From assembly GCA_050115475.1 (NCBI GenBank), contig JASFQL010000009.1, positions 20,613 to 84,612 on the forward strand: DNA of 64,000 nucleotides. Direction: 5' to 3'. Each line of letters begins with the position of its first letter. Position 1 is the stretch's first letter. Shown piece by piece: positions 50,357 through 59,892 of the stretch. Made by a program: the position numbers and the translations under genes. This DNA is from Anaerolineales bacterium. GTDB taxonomy: Bacteria; Chloroflexota; Anaerolineae; Anaerolineales; UBA11579. Under the pieces are notes generated by a model. That model did not search any database and had not been told where the DNA came from. It saw nothing but the letters and a program-made list of their open reading frames with translations.

Positions 50357-51340
50357 ATGGAGGAGGAAAAGCGTTCCTTTACAAGTCTGGCAAAGTTTGT
50401 TGGCTGGGTGATTCTTTTAGATATTTTCACAATTATCGTGACAGGTGTGTACTTCTTGGCTGAGGGTAAAGGTGACCTGCATGATTATGGGGAGATGGTT
50501 ATAGGTGCAGGCGCGATTGTCAGTATGATTGGGGTATTCATTGTGGGAATCAGTCACGATAATCCGCGTACAGCTTCAAAACTCTACACAATTAGAAAAG
50601 CAAGCCAGAGTTATTTCCAAGAGAACAGATTGAAGAAGTTTTTTGCCGAGCAGAAAATAATGGCAAGAGCCAGATTGATCGTCGTCTTGGCAGGTCTATC
50701 GACCATCTTGATAGGACTCGGTTTTTTCCAATTTGGTTATTCACCCGAAGAATTACAGAAAATCGATGAATTCCATAAGATTGAAGTACTTTCAGTAAAA
50801 GAGATATTCACGGAAGCAAATAAAATCGCTATGTCATGGAGTGATAAAGCACAATTAATTTCAATTCATATCCCAATCATTGGGCCAAATAATCGTGGGG
50901 AAGAAAAAGATGTAGTTTTCTTATTTAAATTTCCCAAAAATACTGATGTTTATATGTCTGTAAAGTGTTTGAATTCACACTGTACAAAGACGACAACTAC
51001 AGATCCCAATTTATACTTGCCTGTAAAATGTATTGGTTTTAACTGTTCAAGTACGACAACCGAATATTATTGTAGCAATTCAATCCCAATAGAATTCGAC
51101 TCAGTCGAAATCGATAGTGTCGAAATAGCACAAATTGGTTTAGAGAATGGGGGAGATAGAAAACTCTATCATCCAGGGGGCACCGGCCAAATGACATTGG
51201 GCTGGTGTAATGAAAATGAGTTTGAAGAAAATACACTCGATTGGGTAGTTTCTTTTGCTACATGTTCTGACCATCGTTGTTACAATTACTTGCACATATA
51301 CATTAATCCCAACACTGGAGAGGTCATCGATAAAGAATAA
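50357..51340 (+). CDS. Membrane-anchored hypothetical protein with Cys-x-x-x-Cys repeats
   Basis: N-terminal TM helices. VKCLNSHCTKTTTTD / VKCIGFNCSSTTTEYYCSN repeats. Confidence 0.45.
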   Translation: MEEEKRSFTSLAKFVGWVILLDIFTIIVTGVYFLAEGKGDLHDYGEMVIGAGAIVSMIGVFIVGISHDNPRTASKLYTIRKASQSYFQENRLKKFFAEQKIMARARLIVVLAGLSTILIGLGFFQFGYSPEELQKIDEFHKIEVLSVKEIFTEANKIAMSWSDKAQLISIHIPIIGPNNRGEEKDVVFLFKFPKNTDVYMSVKCLNSHCTKTTTTDPNLYLPVKCIGFNCSSTTTEYYCSNSIPIEFDSVEIDSVEIAQIGLENGGDRKLYHPGGTGQMTLGWCNENEFEENTLDWVVSFATCSDHRCYNYLHIYINPNTGEVIDKE

Positions 51341-51401
51341 ACCTGACAGGCTTTCATCATTTGTTAGGTTTATTAATTCTATAGTATCGTAGCTCCCTAC
51401 T

Positions 51402-52838
51402 TCACAACATCTCCACCAAGCGCCATATCTGAGCCACAAAGAAGGTAACGATGAAGCCCATGACCAGGGGCAGGAGAGCCGAAACAACCGTCCACTTGAG
51501 GCTGCCGGTCTCCTTGTAGATGGTGTAGATGGTCGTCGAGCAGGGATTGTGGATCAGGCTGAAGAGCATCAAGTTGACAGCCGTTAGCAACGTCCAGCCC
51601 CCAACATGGAATACGTCCAGGGTGGCTGCAGTTGACTCCAGCTCGAACATCACCCCCGCACCAGCCCCCACGCCCCCCAGGTTGGAGAACAAGACGGTGA
51701 ACATCAAAATCGTAGGGATGACAATCTCATTAGCCGGGATCGCTACGACGTAAGCCAGCAGGATAACGCCGTTCAGACCGAGGAGCAGCCCGAAGGGGTT
51801 CAGCCATTGGATAAGGTGCTCGGCGATGCTGACGCCCCCGATGGTGATATTGGCGCTCAACCAGATGAGTGCCCCGGCAGGCATGGCGAAAACAATCGCC
51901 CGCCACAGCACGTAGATGGTGCGGTCGATGAGAGAAGTATACAGCGTTTGGAGGATGCGCGGCGGCCGGTAAGGCGGCAGTTCCAGGCTGAAGGTCGAGA
52001 CCTCGCCCCGCAGCACCGAGCGCGACAAGACCCAGTTAAAGAACAGGGTCAGCAGCACCCCTAGGAGGGCAATCGCCACGACAGAGAGAGCTGAAATAAT
52101 CCCCGCTAGATAGGCAGGGACCATCCCGCCGATGAAGAGGGTGGCGATGAGGATCTGCGTCGGCCAACGCCCGTTGCACAGGGCAAAGTTGTTCGTGATG
52201 ATGGCGATGAGTCGCTCTCGTGGGCTGTCGATGATGCGGGTGGCGATCACCCCGGCGGCATTGCAACCGAAGCCCATCATCATGCTGAGGGCCTGCTTGC
52301 CGTGCGCTCCGGTCTTGCGGAAGATGTTGTCGAGGTTGAAAGCCATCCGAGGCAGATAGCCGAAATCCTCCAATAAGGTAAAGAGGGGAAAGAAGATCGC
52401 CATGGGTGGGAGCATCACGCTCACGACCCAGGCAGTCGCCAGGTACATCCCGTCGATGAGCAGGCCGTCCAGCCACCAGGGCATCCCGATACTGGCTGCC
52501 AATCCTTTCAGCCAGGGATGGACGGTATCCAGCAACAGGTTGGCGAGTAGGGAGGAGGGAACGTTGGCCCCGGAGATGGTCAGCCAAAAGACGAGGGTGA
52601 ACAGCAGGAGCATGATGAGGAACCCCCACGTCCGGCTGGTGACAACTTTATCGATCGTGCGGTCCAAGTCGAAACGGAGTGGTTTTTCCGGTCGAGTTAT
52701 AGCCCGGTCGGCTATGCGGGAGGCATCGGTGTAGATGGATTCCACCAGCTTTTCGTGGAAATCCACTCCCACCTGGGCACGAAGCTGCTGTGCAGATCTT
52801 AAGATATCTGTTGGTGAAAGTTTACTTTTATCACTCAT
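51402..52838 (-). CDS. feoB: Ferrous iron transporter FeoB, membrane (permease) portion, encoded as a separate ORF
   Basis: Starts with the post-GTPase helical region ([11 protein letters not shown]...[11 protein letters not shown]), then gate/nucleoside-recognition-type TM domains. Start ATG overlaps the upstream TGA stop (ATGA). Confidence 0.8.
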   Translation of the reverse strand: MSDKSKLSPTDILRSAQQLRAQVGVDFHEKLVESIYTDASRIADRAITRPEKPLRFDLDRTIDKVVTSRTWGFLIMLLLFTLVFWLTISGANVPSSLLANLLLDTVHPWLKGLAASIGMPWWLDGLLIDGMYLATAWVVSVMLPPMAIFFPLFTLLEDFGYLPRMAFNLDNIFRKTGAHGKQALSMMMGFGCNAAGVIATRIIDSPRERLIAIITNNFALCNGRWPTQILIATLFIGGMVPAYLAGIISALSVVAIALLGVLLTLFFNWVLSRSVLRGEVSTFSLELPPYRPPRILQTLYTSLIDRTIYVLWRAIVFAMPAGALIWLSANITIGGVSIAEHLIQWLNPFGLLLGLNGVILLAYVVAIPANEIVIPTILMFTVLFSNLGGVGAGAGVMFELESTAATLDVFHVGGWTLLTAVNLMLFSLIHNPCSTTIYTIYKETGSLKWTVVSALLPLVMGFIVTFFVAQIWRLVEML

Positions 52839-53695
52839 ACAGCTGCCTCCTTGAGGGACATCTCTTCCAGATCCTCAAGCTGCCCGTCTAAGTTTAGCAG
52901 TTCGCCCAACTCGCCGCTTTGCAGCGCCTGGATGATTTCCTCGTCCCCATCCAATAGGCGTAAAGCCAGCCAACGCGGGTTAGGGAGGTCGGGATAGAGG
53001 GTATGGATCTGATCCGAGAGAGTCGTAATGGCATGCTTGAGGGCTGGTGATTCGGCCTTGATGCGGTAGGGTTTGGCGCGCACCCTGCCCAAGGCAACGT
53101 CGTGGATGGCCTCCAGCAGTTCGGGGATGCCTACTCCATAGCGAGCGGAAGCAGGCACGACCGGTACGCCCAAATCCCGCGCCAGGCGACGGTCGTCCAC
53201 TTGCAGACCGTGGCGTTTGGCCTCGTCCATCAGGTTGAGGCACACGACCACCCGGTCGGTGATCTCCAATATTTGGAGGACGAGGTTGAGGTTGCGCTCC
53301 AGGCGATTAGCGTCCACGACCACGACGGTCACGTCCGGTTGGCCGAAGAGGATAAAGTTACGGGCCACCTCTTCATCCAGGCTGGTCGCCAGGAGGGAAT
53401 AGGTCCCCGGCAGGTCGACGATCTTGTAACGGGCATCGCCGTACTCGAAGCCCCCTTCGGCGCGGGTGACGGTCTTCCCCGGCCAGTTGCCGGTATGCTG
53501 GCGAAGGCCGGTGAGGGCGTTGAAGACGGTGCTCTTGCCCACGTTGGGGTTGCCAGCCAGGGCAACGACGTAATCCCAATCTTGCATATCGACTCCCAGC
53601 TTGAGGAGGTTGGTAGCCCGGTGGGCCGGACAGCCCACGCAGGGGTCGGCGGTCTGTAATGTGTTGATGCTTTCTTCGCTCATGATATTCCTCAT
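52835..53695 (-). CDS. feoB: Ferrous iron transporter FeoB, N-terminal GTPase (G-domain + GDI helical) portion, separate ORF
   Basis: G1 [10 protein letters not shown]2/G3 region TVTRAEG...DLPG, G4 NLMD. Confidence 0.85.
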   Translation of the reverse strand: MRNIMSEESINTLQTADPCVGCPAHRATNLLKLGVDMQDWDYVVALAGNPNVGKSTVFNALTGLRQHTGNWPGKTVTRAEGGFEYGDARYKIVDLPGTYSLLATSLDEEVARNFILFGQPDVTVVVVDANRLERNLNLVLQILEITDRVVVCLNLMDEAKRHGLQVDDRRLARDLGVPVVPASARYGVGIPELLEAIHDVALGRVRAKPYRIKAESPALKHAITTLSDQIHTLYPDLPNPRWLALRLLDGDEEIIQALQSGELGELLNLDGQLEDLEEMSLKEAAV

Positions 53696-53781
53696 TTACG
53701 TGTCATTCCAAATCATTGAAGATGGAAATAACACGATCTTTTATGATTGCAAACTCTGCATTTTGTAAATAACGTTACTTT

Positions 53782-53814
53782 ACTAAAGACTAACGACTAT
53801 AGACTAAAGACTAT
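53782..53814. repeat. Short dispersed repeat cluster (ACTAAAGACTAACGACTATAGACTAAAGACTA) between the regulator gene and feoB
   Basis: Read from the sequence. Member of the GACTAA-rich intergenic repeat family also present at 56.5, 57.2, 59.8, 61.0 and 61.8 kb. Confidence 0.6.
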
Positions 53815-53818
53815 CAAA

Positions 53819-54841
53819 CTACCCGACCGGCTCCACCCGAATCCACTGCGCCTGGTCGCCGCGGATGGCGATCAAGGCATCACGGATGCGGTAAGCGGTC
53901 GGATCCCCACCCGGACTGATGAACTCCGGCGAAATGACCGTGCCGGGAAGGATACCCAGGTCCATCATACGGCGGCGTTCCGCCCCACGGATGCGGGGGG
54001 AAAGGGAAACCACCTGCCCCTTCTCTCCAGGCTTGAGGCCGTTCAGAGGTTGGCCCATCGACACATCCTCAGGGACTTCGTCCTCGATGGGGACGACGGC
54101 GATGTTCGCCGCCAGGATTGGGGCCAGGACATGCTCCTCTTCCCCCACCCAGAAACGCACCCGTTGGGCATCGTTTTCAGTGACCCGCACGACCATTCCG
54201 GGGTACAAACCTTCAGCAACAATCTGGGCTGCCACGGTCTCAGGCTCGTCGCTTACGTGTACGATACGGCCCAAGGTGTTCACTCCAATTTTGGAAAGCG
54301 GTTCCCCCACCTGTTCCCACACCTCACCCTCCTGGGAAGGGATGGGATCCCCATGGGGGTCGAAAACCGGATGCCCCAGGCTGATGGCCAGTTCGTCGAT
54401 CTGCTCCGGCGTGAGGGTGTGCTCGATCTCGTCGGCAATGAGGTGCCATTCCGTCTCATCAAATCCGCTATGCTCGGCGAGGTACTGCTCCCACAATCGG
54501 TGGGCGCGGATGAGGTTCAGCGCGATCGACTCGCCATCCGGAGTCAGCCGGATGGTCTCCCCTTCACACACCAGTAGGCCGCTCTCTTCAAGATCGGTGA
54601 GGACCTGCATAGCCAGATTGCGGTCTACCCCGATGGCTCCGGCGACATTCATCAGCGTGGGATTCTTCCCGGCGTGCACCATTTTCTGGATGTGCTTGAG
54701 GGTATCTTCGCGCAGCACACGCCCGGTGACCCTACGCATCGACCGCCAGCGGGGGATCACGCCCGTCGCCGGCCAGAACAAGACCAGGCTGGCTCCGATC
54801 ACTGCAGCAGCGATAATCATCAACAATAATGGATTGAGCAT
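53819..54841 (-). CDS. DtxR/MntR-family metal-dependent transcriptional regulator fused to two FeoA (SH3-like) domains
   Basis: wHTH TLMNVAGAIGVDRNLAMQVLTDLEESGLLV, dimerisation helix LIRAHRLWEQYLAEH. Two FeoA-like segments (LSKIGVNTLGRIVHV...VVRVTE; LKPGEKGQVVSLS...WIRVEPV). The first 24 residues are strongly hydrophobic, so the start is uncertain (possibly at MRRVTG). Confidence 0.7.
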   Translation of the reverse strand: MLNPLLLMIIAAAVIGASLVLFWPATGVIPRWRSMRRVTGRVLREDTLKHIQKMVHAGKNPTLMNVAGAIGVDRNLAMQVLTDLEESGLLVCEGETIRLTPDGESIALNLIRAHRLWEQYLAEHSGFDETEWHLIADEIEHTLTPEQIDELAISLGHPVFDPHGDPIPSQEGEVWEQVGEPLSKIGVNTLGRIVHVSDEPETVAAQIVAEGLYPGMVVRVTENDAQRVRFWVGEEEHVLAPILAANIAVVPIEDEVPEDVSMGQPLNGLKPGEKGQVVSLSPRIRGAERRRMMDLGILPGTVISPEFISPGGDPTAYRIRDALIAIRGDQAQWIRVEPVG

Positions 54842-54878
54842 ACTTCCTCCAAGTCAGATTTAGACCTATAAGGTAATA

Positions 54879-54913
54879 TTTCGCTAAATTATAATTTAGG
54901 TAAAGCTAAATGT
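54879..54913. promoter_or_regulatory. Candidate DtxR/iron box (TTAGGTAAAGCTAAAT; arms ATTTAG-N6-CTAAAT) in the promoter region of the dtxR-feoAB operon
   Basis: Matches the TWAGGTWAGSCTWACCTWA consensus at about 13 of 19 positions. About 40-70 nt upstream of the regulator ORF. Confidence 0.3.
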
Positions 54914-55049
54914 CAAGCACTCATTTCATTCCTAATGGGTAGACTGAACCTTTTTTGCTTTTCTTACTTTTAGGGAATGCCAATCAAGTGAGAAAGGCTG
55001 TATAAACACCTATGCCAACCAAAGCCTAAAATATCCAGGCGTGGCCGTA

Positions 55050-55376
55050 TTATTTCCAATCCACTCCATCATAATAGCGTGTCCCCCGGTGGCCCTGGCG
55101 TGGGATAGGTTCCGCCAGGCGCTCTCCCGGAGTGGCGACGAAGATAAGGCTGCGCGGTTTTCCCGATTGGGGATTAACGGCCCCGGTTTCGATGCGGGTG
55201 ATGGTCAAACGCCCGATCAACATATTGTCCCAGATGGTGTAAACGTAATCGCCGACCTTCAATTTAGAGGGTTTCCCCGCCATGTGGAATTCGAACTCCC
55301 CCACCGGCCCATCGTACAGCGTGTTAACGGCTTCGATCCCGTGTTTTTGGGGGATGGTTTTTGTTATACCACTCAT
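55050..55376 (-). CDS. Hypothetical protein (possible PUA/ASCH-like beta-barrel)
   Basis: 108-aa ORF, weak resemblance only. Confidence 0.35.
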   Translation of the reverse strand: MSGITKTIPQKHGIEAVNTLYDGPVGEFEFHMAGKPSKLKVGDYVYTIWDNMLIGRLTITRIETGAVNPQSGKPRSLIFVATPGERLAEPIPRQGHRGTRYYDGVDWK

Positions 55377-55459
55377 GTCTTTTCACCTCGAAATGATTAT
55401 ACCGGAGGATTGAGCGCCAACTACGCACCTCTATTGGGTATTGACAGATTACAGGATGC

Positions 55460-56479
55460 CTAATCCCCATCAAGATACTTTGCCAAACCAAACGAGGCTG
55501 CGCCCATCAATGCGGCTTTGGGGTTGAGGACAACGTGCACCGGAATATCGACCAGGAGATCGCGGAAGCGCCCCTTTCCTTGTAAGGCTTCGAGGAAAGT
55601 GGGTTTCTGCAGCTCCGGCAGGATGCGCGGCGGCAAACCACCCCCCAGGTATATCCCCCCCGTCGCCAGGATTTTGAGTGCCAGGTTGCCCGCTTCAGCT
55701 CCCAAGATGGCGGCAAACAAGTCAAGGACGGCGGCAGCCAGTTCACAGGGACGGCTGCTGTCATTGGCGGCGGATAAGATCACAGGAGTGGGATCTTCGG
55801 CCCCTGACAACTGTGCTGCCAGCCAATCCGGTTCGGGCATACCGGTCGATTTCAGGTAAGTATACAGGGTGGGGATCCCCAGGCCGCCGGAACAGACCCG
55901 CTCGAAGCCGACGTGGTCGAAACCCTGTTGGTTGAGGTAAGTCAACAAACCAATCTGCAAAGCACCCACCGGGGCAAACGAGGCGTGACCGCCCTCCGAG
56001 GCATGGACTTCACAGCGCCCCCCCTTGAAGGTCAGGAAGGCCTCTCCCAGACCCGTACCCGGTGCGATCACGGCGACATTCCCCCCGGCCACCGGCAAGC
56101 CCTCGCTGAGTGTGTGAATATCCTCCGGACCCAAAGCGGTTACGGCGTGGGCAAGTGCTTCCAGGTCGTTCAACAGCGCCACGCCCGACCAGCCGAAAGC
56201 TGCTTTGAGGCTGGCGGCATCCACCGTCCAGGGAAGGTTGGTGACCTGGGCTCGCCCGGCGATGACAGGCCCCGCCACCGCAAAACAAGCCCGTTCGACC
56301 GTCAACCCGGTCTCTGCCAGAAACTCGGTGACAATCGCCTCCAGGTTCTCATAGTCCCCACTTTGAAAAGACCGTTCGACCAGCAGCATGTGGGGGATCG
56401 AACCAGCGGAAAAAATCGCCAGGAGGGATTTGGTCCCGCCAATATCGCCTACGAGTACATTCATAAATCCGCCTGCCAA
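55460..56479 (-). CDS. glk: Glucokinase (Glk family)
   Basis: N-terminal LVGDIGGTKS (compare E. coli Glk LVGDVGGTNAR), central VIAPGTGLGEAFL. Confidence 0.75.
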   Translation of the reverse strand: MAGGFMNVLVGDIGGTKSLLAIFSAGSIPHMLLVERSFQSGDYENLEAIVTEFLAETGLTVERACFAVAGPVIAGRAQVTNLPWTVDAASLKAAFGWSGVALLNDLEALAHAVTALGPEDIHTLSEGLPVAGGNVAVIAPGTGLGEAFLTFKGGRCEVHASEGGHASFAPVGALQIGLLTYLNQQGFDHVGFERVCSGGLGIPTLYTYLKSTGMPEPDWLAAQLSGAEDPTPVILSAANDSSRPCELAAAVLDLFAAILGAEAGNLALKILATGGIYLGGGLPPRILPELQKPTFLEALQGKGRFRDLLVDIPVHVVLNPKAALMGAASFGLAKYLDGD

Positions 56480-56565
56480 AGAGCAACCATCAGGTTTGGT
56501 GAGTATCGCTATTTAATCTAGACACCATAAATATACACTATTTCCCTTGCCTTGTTGTCTGGTTG

Positions 56566-56612
56566 GGTAGTCTCTAGTCGCTAGTCTTTAGTCTTTAGTT
56601 GTCAGTCGATCG
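56566..56612. repeat. Dispersed repeat cluster (TAGTCTCTAGTCGCTAGTCTTTAGTCTTTAGTTGTCAGTCG), reverse orientation of the CTAAAGACTA family
   Basis: Read from the sequence. Confidence 0.6.
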
Positions 56613-56682
56613 GGCGGACAGGATATTTAGGTTTGGTGGGAAGTACAAAGATGGGAGAGTGGATGTATAATAGTATATAGAG

Positions 56683-57195
56683 GTGTTTATGGATGATCCC
56701 GATGTCGAGGAAATCAAGACTATTTTATTGAAACACGAGCAGTATCAGTTTTCAGATGCAGAACTCTACCAATTCCACGTGTTGGGGGCATCCTTGATGG
56801 ACCCCATCTTCGAATTAATCGACGCCAGCCGCCCGGATGACGCTGAACCGACAGAACGTAATTCCGCCCTATCGGAGAAAAGCGGGCAAATCACGGCATA
56901 CTTCGTGCGCTCGTCGTTCATACTGGGCCTTGAATATTTCGATGAAATCACGGACAACAATTTGGATTTGGAGAATTACGAAGATATCCCCTCCCAGGCA
57001 GTCAAGCTGTTGGGCATCATTTATAAACCCATGGATAACCTGTTCTTGGAACTGATGAACGAGGTCTACGATCTGGGAAACAAAAGCAAAGAAGAAATGC
57101 AGGCGATGATTGATAACTGCCGGCAGGCTGCCGTGGGGGTGCAGATGAACAGCTTCCGCTTAGGGGTCGCCTCAGGGGAAACAAACCAGGGGTGA
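56683..57195 (+). CDS. Hypothetical protein
   Basis: 170-aa ORF, acidic, no motif. Confidence 0.4.
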   Translation: MFMDDPDVEEIKTILLKHEQYQFSDAELYQFHVLGASLMDPIFELIDASRPDDAEPTERNSALSEKSGQITAYFVRSSFILGLEYFDEITDNNLDLENYEDIPSQAVKLLGIIYKPMDNLFLELMNEVYDLGNKSKEEMQAMIDNCRQAAVGVQMNSFRLGVASGETNQG

Positions 57196-57206
57196 ACTGG
57201 GGTGGA

Positions 57207-57320
57207 GATAGTTAGGTAGTTAGATAGTTGGGTAGTCGTTGGTCGTTAGTCAAATCGTTAGCCCGGGAGTGCGTATTGTGTGTTGCGGTCGCACGATTAC
57301 GAAATACGCAATACGCAATT
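57207..57320. repeat. Dispersed repeat cluster containing GTAGTCGTTGGTCGTTAGTCAAA (reverse complement of TTTGACTAACGACCAACGACTAC) and CGAAATACGCAATACGCAAT
   Basis: 20-nt exact reverse-complement match to 61838-61857. Confidence 0.65.
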
Positions 57321-57550
57321 CTTATCACAACGACAAGGGGGATTTCCCATCCCCGCCTATTGGCTCCATCATCAAAATCAGCCTATATCATGTATAATAA
57401 TATTCAGAAGAGGTTGATACAGGGGGGAACTTACATAACACTTCGTCAGCCCGACACTACGACCGTTGAAACTTTCCATCCCTGTTCTCTCTTCCTACCG
57501 CTCTATTCCATGTTCTAATAGGCAAAGGTATTTACCTGGAGGAGGTAAAC

Positions 57551-58975
57551 GTGGCAAAGATTGCGAAGTGTATCCTTTTTATTCTCATTCCTGCAGTTTT
57601 GTTCCTATCGGGGTGTAGTTCAGATCCACCTACGAATGTGACCATCACCGACATCAGTTGGGAGAGTGATAGTAATCCCCTTCACTGCGGTGAAACAGGC
57701 ATTGTCACCGCGAAAGTTTCCTTGGAGGTAGGATCGCCGGGCGAGCAATCGATTAGATTTAAAATCTCGCTGTGGGATCACGATGGTTGGTTTGATAGTG
57801 ACGATGAGTTAGCTGAAGCGGCGAATCGCCCCGTACTTCGAGCGACGACAGGCAGGGTAACGAAACAGCAGTTGTCGGAGCCTATCGAGGTTTTCTGCTC
57901 AGAGGCACCGGACTGCGAGTTAGAAGGTGCCTCAGATTCATCGGGTGAAATGGTCGCTGAACCCTACGTCTACGTTCAATGGGCGGACAACAACGCAGAG
58001 ATCAAGGGTTGGGAGAAGAAGCCAATGGACTTCGAGTGTGTCGTCCCCATTGAAGACGAAGACGACACGGATGTCGAAGAGATAGAAACGCCAGAACCGA
58101 TTTCCGAAGAAGAAACAGAAGAACCGCAACCCGCTGGGGTTGTCGTTGTGGGTTCTCTCTTTAAGGATATGAACGTCAACGGCGTCAAAGATGCGGATGA
58201 ACCCGTCGCGCCGGACCTGGAAGTCCGTATCATAGAACTGGAATGTGGGGATGCCTGCGACCCGGTCGCCGAGGTGACAAGCGATGATGAAGGCAACTAT
58301 ACGCTCGAATACGTCCCCCAGGTAGACACGAACTATACGCTCGATGTCGATTGGGTCGGCTGGCAGGCTTATTTAACATTGCTGCCTACCGACAATTTCG
58401 TCGACCTTTTGGGGGCCGCGTCACCCGGTGACACGGTCTCGATTCTACCTGTCGGCTGGGTCCCCATGGAGAGAACCTTTACTGACCCCACCGGAGATAA
58501 TGTAATAGTTGGCACGGATGACCCGATCGATAACCCGAACGGGGATATTGAGTCGGTGACGGTTGAGGTGACCCTCGATGGTTCGATCAGAATCCAGATC
58601 GATCTCGCCGACAACGATTTGCTAGATAGCGCTTACAGCTGGGGGCAGTTCGTCACCGAGAATCGCAATGGAACGATAACGACCTACACACATCATAAGT
58701 CGCCTGAGGGCTTTATCGATAAAGGCCAGATGGACGGGGGAAGTGGTGGCCGCCCAAACATCGTCGAATCCGATGCCGAAGTAGAGTTGGGTAGTTACTA
58801 CCTACCAGCGAGGGAAATCCCCTCCGGACCGCCGCCGTTTTATGAAGTCGATGTCGATTGGTATTACCAACCTGGTGAAGGGGACGGTATGAGCCATGAC
58901 TCAAGTGAAATCCCCGAAGGGAATCTTGACTTTGTTGAGTTTTGGTTGGATATCTTTCCAACGACCCTCGAATAG
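57551..58975 (+). CDS. Secreted lipoprotein, acidic, unknown function
   Basis: Signal peptide with lipobox LSGCSS. Asp/Glu-rich segments. SD GGAGGAGG before the GTG/ATG. Confidence 0.55.
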   Translation: MAKIAKCILFILIPAVLFLSGCSSDPPTNVTITDISWESDSNPLHCGETGIVTAKVSLEVGSPGEQSIRFKISLWDHDGWFDSDDELAEAANRPVLRATTGRVTKQQLSEPIEVFCSEAPDCELEGASDSSGEMVAEPYVYVQWADNNAEIKGWEKKPMDFECVVPIEDEDDTDVEEIETPEPISEEETEEPQPAGVVVVGSLFKDMNVNGVKDADEPVAPDLEVRIIELECGDACDPVAEVTSDDEGNYTLEYVPQVDTNYTLDVDWVGWQAYLTLLPTDNFVDLLGAASPGDTVSILPVGWVPMERTFTDPTGDNVIVGTDDPIDNPNGDIESVTVEVTLDGSIRIQIDLADNDLLDSAYSWGQFVTENRNGTITTYTHHKSPEGFIDKGQMDGGSGGRPNIVESDAEVELGSYYLPAREIPSGPPPFYEVDVDWYYQPGEGDGMSHDSSEIPEGNLDFVEFWLDIFPTTLE

Positions 58976-59248
58976 TCAAGAGATTAGGCAGGCTTATCGG
59001 GACGGGTGCTGCCCGTCCCGTTTTTTTCACCGCGGCCTCACCGGCTGGGTCTTGGACGCTGATAGGGAAAGGTATTGGGGTGGGGACCTACTTTCTCACC
59101 ACCAACCCACTAAAGCACGAAGAAAAGCAATCAAGCCTCTATGGGGAGTGACTTCTCGCCCTTGACAAAAGTTTTTCTATGGGGTGGGGAAGAGAGGGGG
59201 TAGTAATAACTGCTTCTATTGATGAAGTGTTAGGATAACTATTATTAA

Positions 59249-59500
59249 TTAAGGAGTAAGTTCTGACCCATTCGAATATGCCATTTCCGGTGGAAGCAAA
59301 TTGTAATTAATTATTATTTCGCCCCAATCTTCTAAACCTAAAGCAACGGAAATTACAGCCTTATCATGTAGAAGTTGGTCTTCATTTGAATTGAGTATAT
59401 CAATTATATCATCGTCTTTATGCCCTTTAGATGATAAATGTACTATATTTAATAATCCTCCACCCTCATTCCCAATCAGTACCAAAGAACCAAAGTACAA
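59249..59500 (-). CDS. Small hypothetical ORF within an AT-rich island
   Basis: 83-aa ORF in a markedly AT-rich 350-bp stretch; may be spurious. Confidence 0.2.
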   Translation of the reverse strand: MYFGSLVLIGNEGGGLLNIVHLSSKGHKDDDIIDILNSNEDQLLHDKAVISVALGLEDWGEIIINYNLLPPEMAYSNGSELTP

Positions 59501-59792
59501 TTATCCTGTTTTCTGCTATAATCGAATTGGCGCGTCCCCGGGGTGCCCCCCTCACCTCGGGGCGTGCTATTTTTATTCACGGAAGCGCCATTCTCATCAC
59601 ACGTAATGTATCCCAGGGGGTAGGTAACGGGTTCATGGTCTGTTCATCCGGACCAAAATCAATCAACCTGCGGATGGCTCCCGCCTGATTCTTCCCATTT
59701 CCGCCCATATCCCAATCATAGCACATTTGTTCTTTTTAGGCAAGTAAATACTTAGGAATGTTAAGTTTAGGGTAGAAATGTTATCAACCCCA

Positions 59793-59892
59793 TCTATTGC
59801 GTATTCCGTATTGCGTAAATAGCCTCACGGAATACGCAATCCCAAGTTGACTACCGACCAACGACTAGAAACTAAAGACTAATGACTAACGC
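59793..59892. repeat. Dispersed repeat cluster: inverted pair ATTGCGTATTCCG / CGGAATACGCAAT, then GAATACGCAATCCCAAGTTGACTACCGACCAACGACTAGAAACTAAAGACTAATGACTAAC
   Basis: About 45 nt is roughly 85% identical to 61812-61857. Overlaps the 3' end of the LVIVD gene. Confidence 0.65.

Noticed and set aside
53102-54863. Plus-strand ORFs 53102..53659, 53747..54577 and 53919..54863, antisense to feoB and the DtxR-FeoA regulator
   Set aside because: The minus-strand products carry clear GTPase G-motifs and DtxR/FeoA motifs. The plus-strand translations are Arg/Pro/Ser-rich antisense artefacts.
55913-56521. 202-aa plus-strand ORF antisense to glucokinase
   Set aside because: The glucokinase N-terminal motif LVGDIGGT on the minus strand is convincing. 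The antisense product is Arg/Gly/Pro-rich low complexity.
57228-57518. 96-aa ORF in the intergenic region upstream of the lipoprotein gene
   Set aside because: It spans the dispersed-repeat cluster and a non-coding-looking AT-rich stretch. No RBS, and the composition is unlike neighbouring genes.
59500-59700. Possible tRNA or tmRNA in the GC-rich segment
   Set aside because: No GTTCRANYC T-loop or convincing cloverleaf arms could be found by eye. Left as an unexplained structured segment (see findings).
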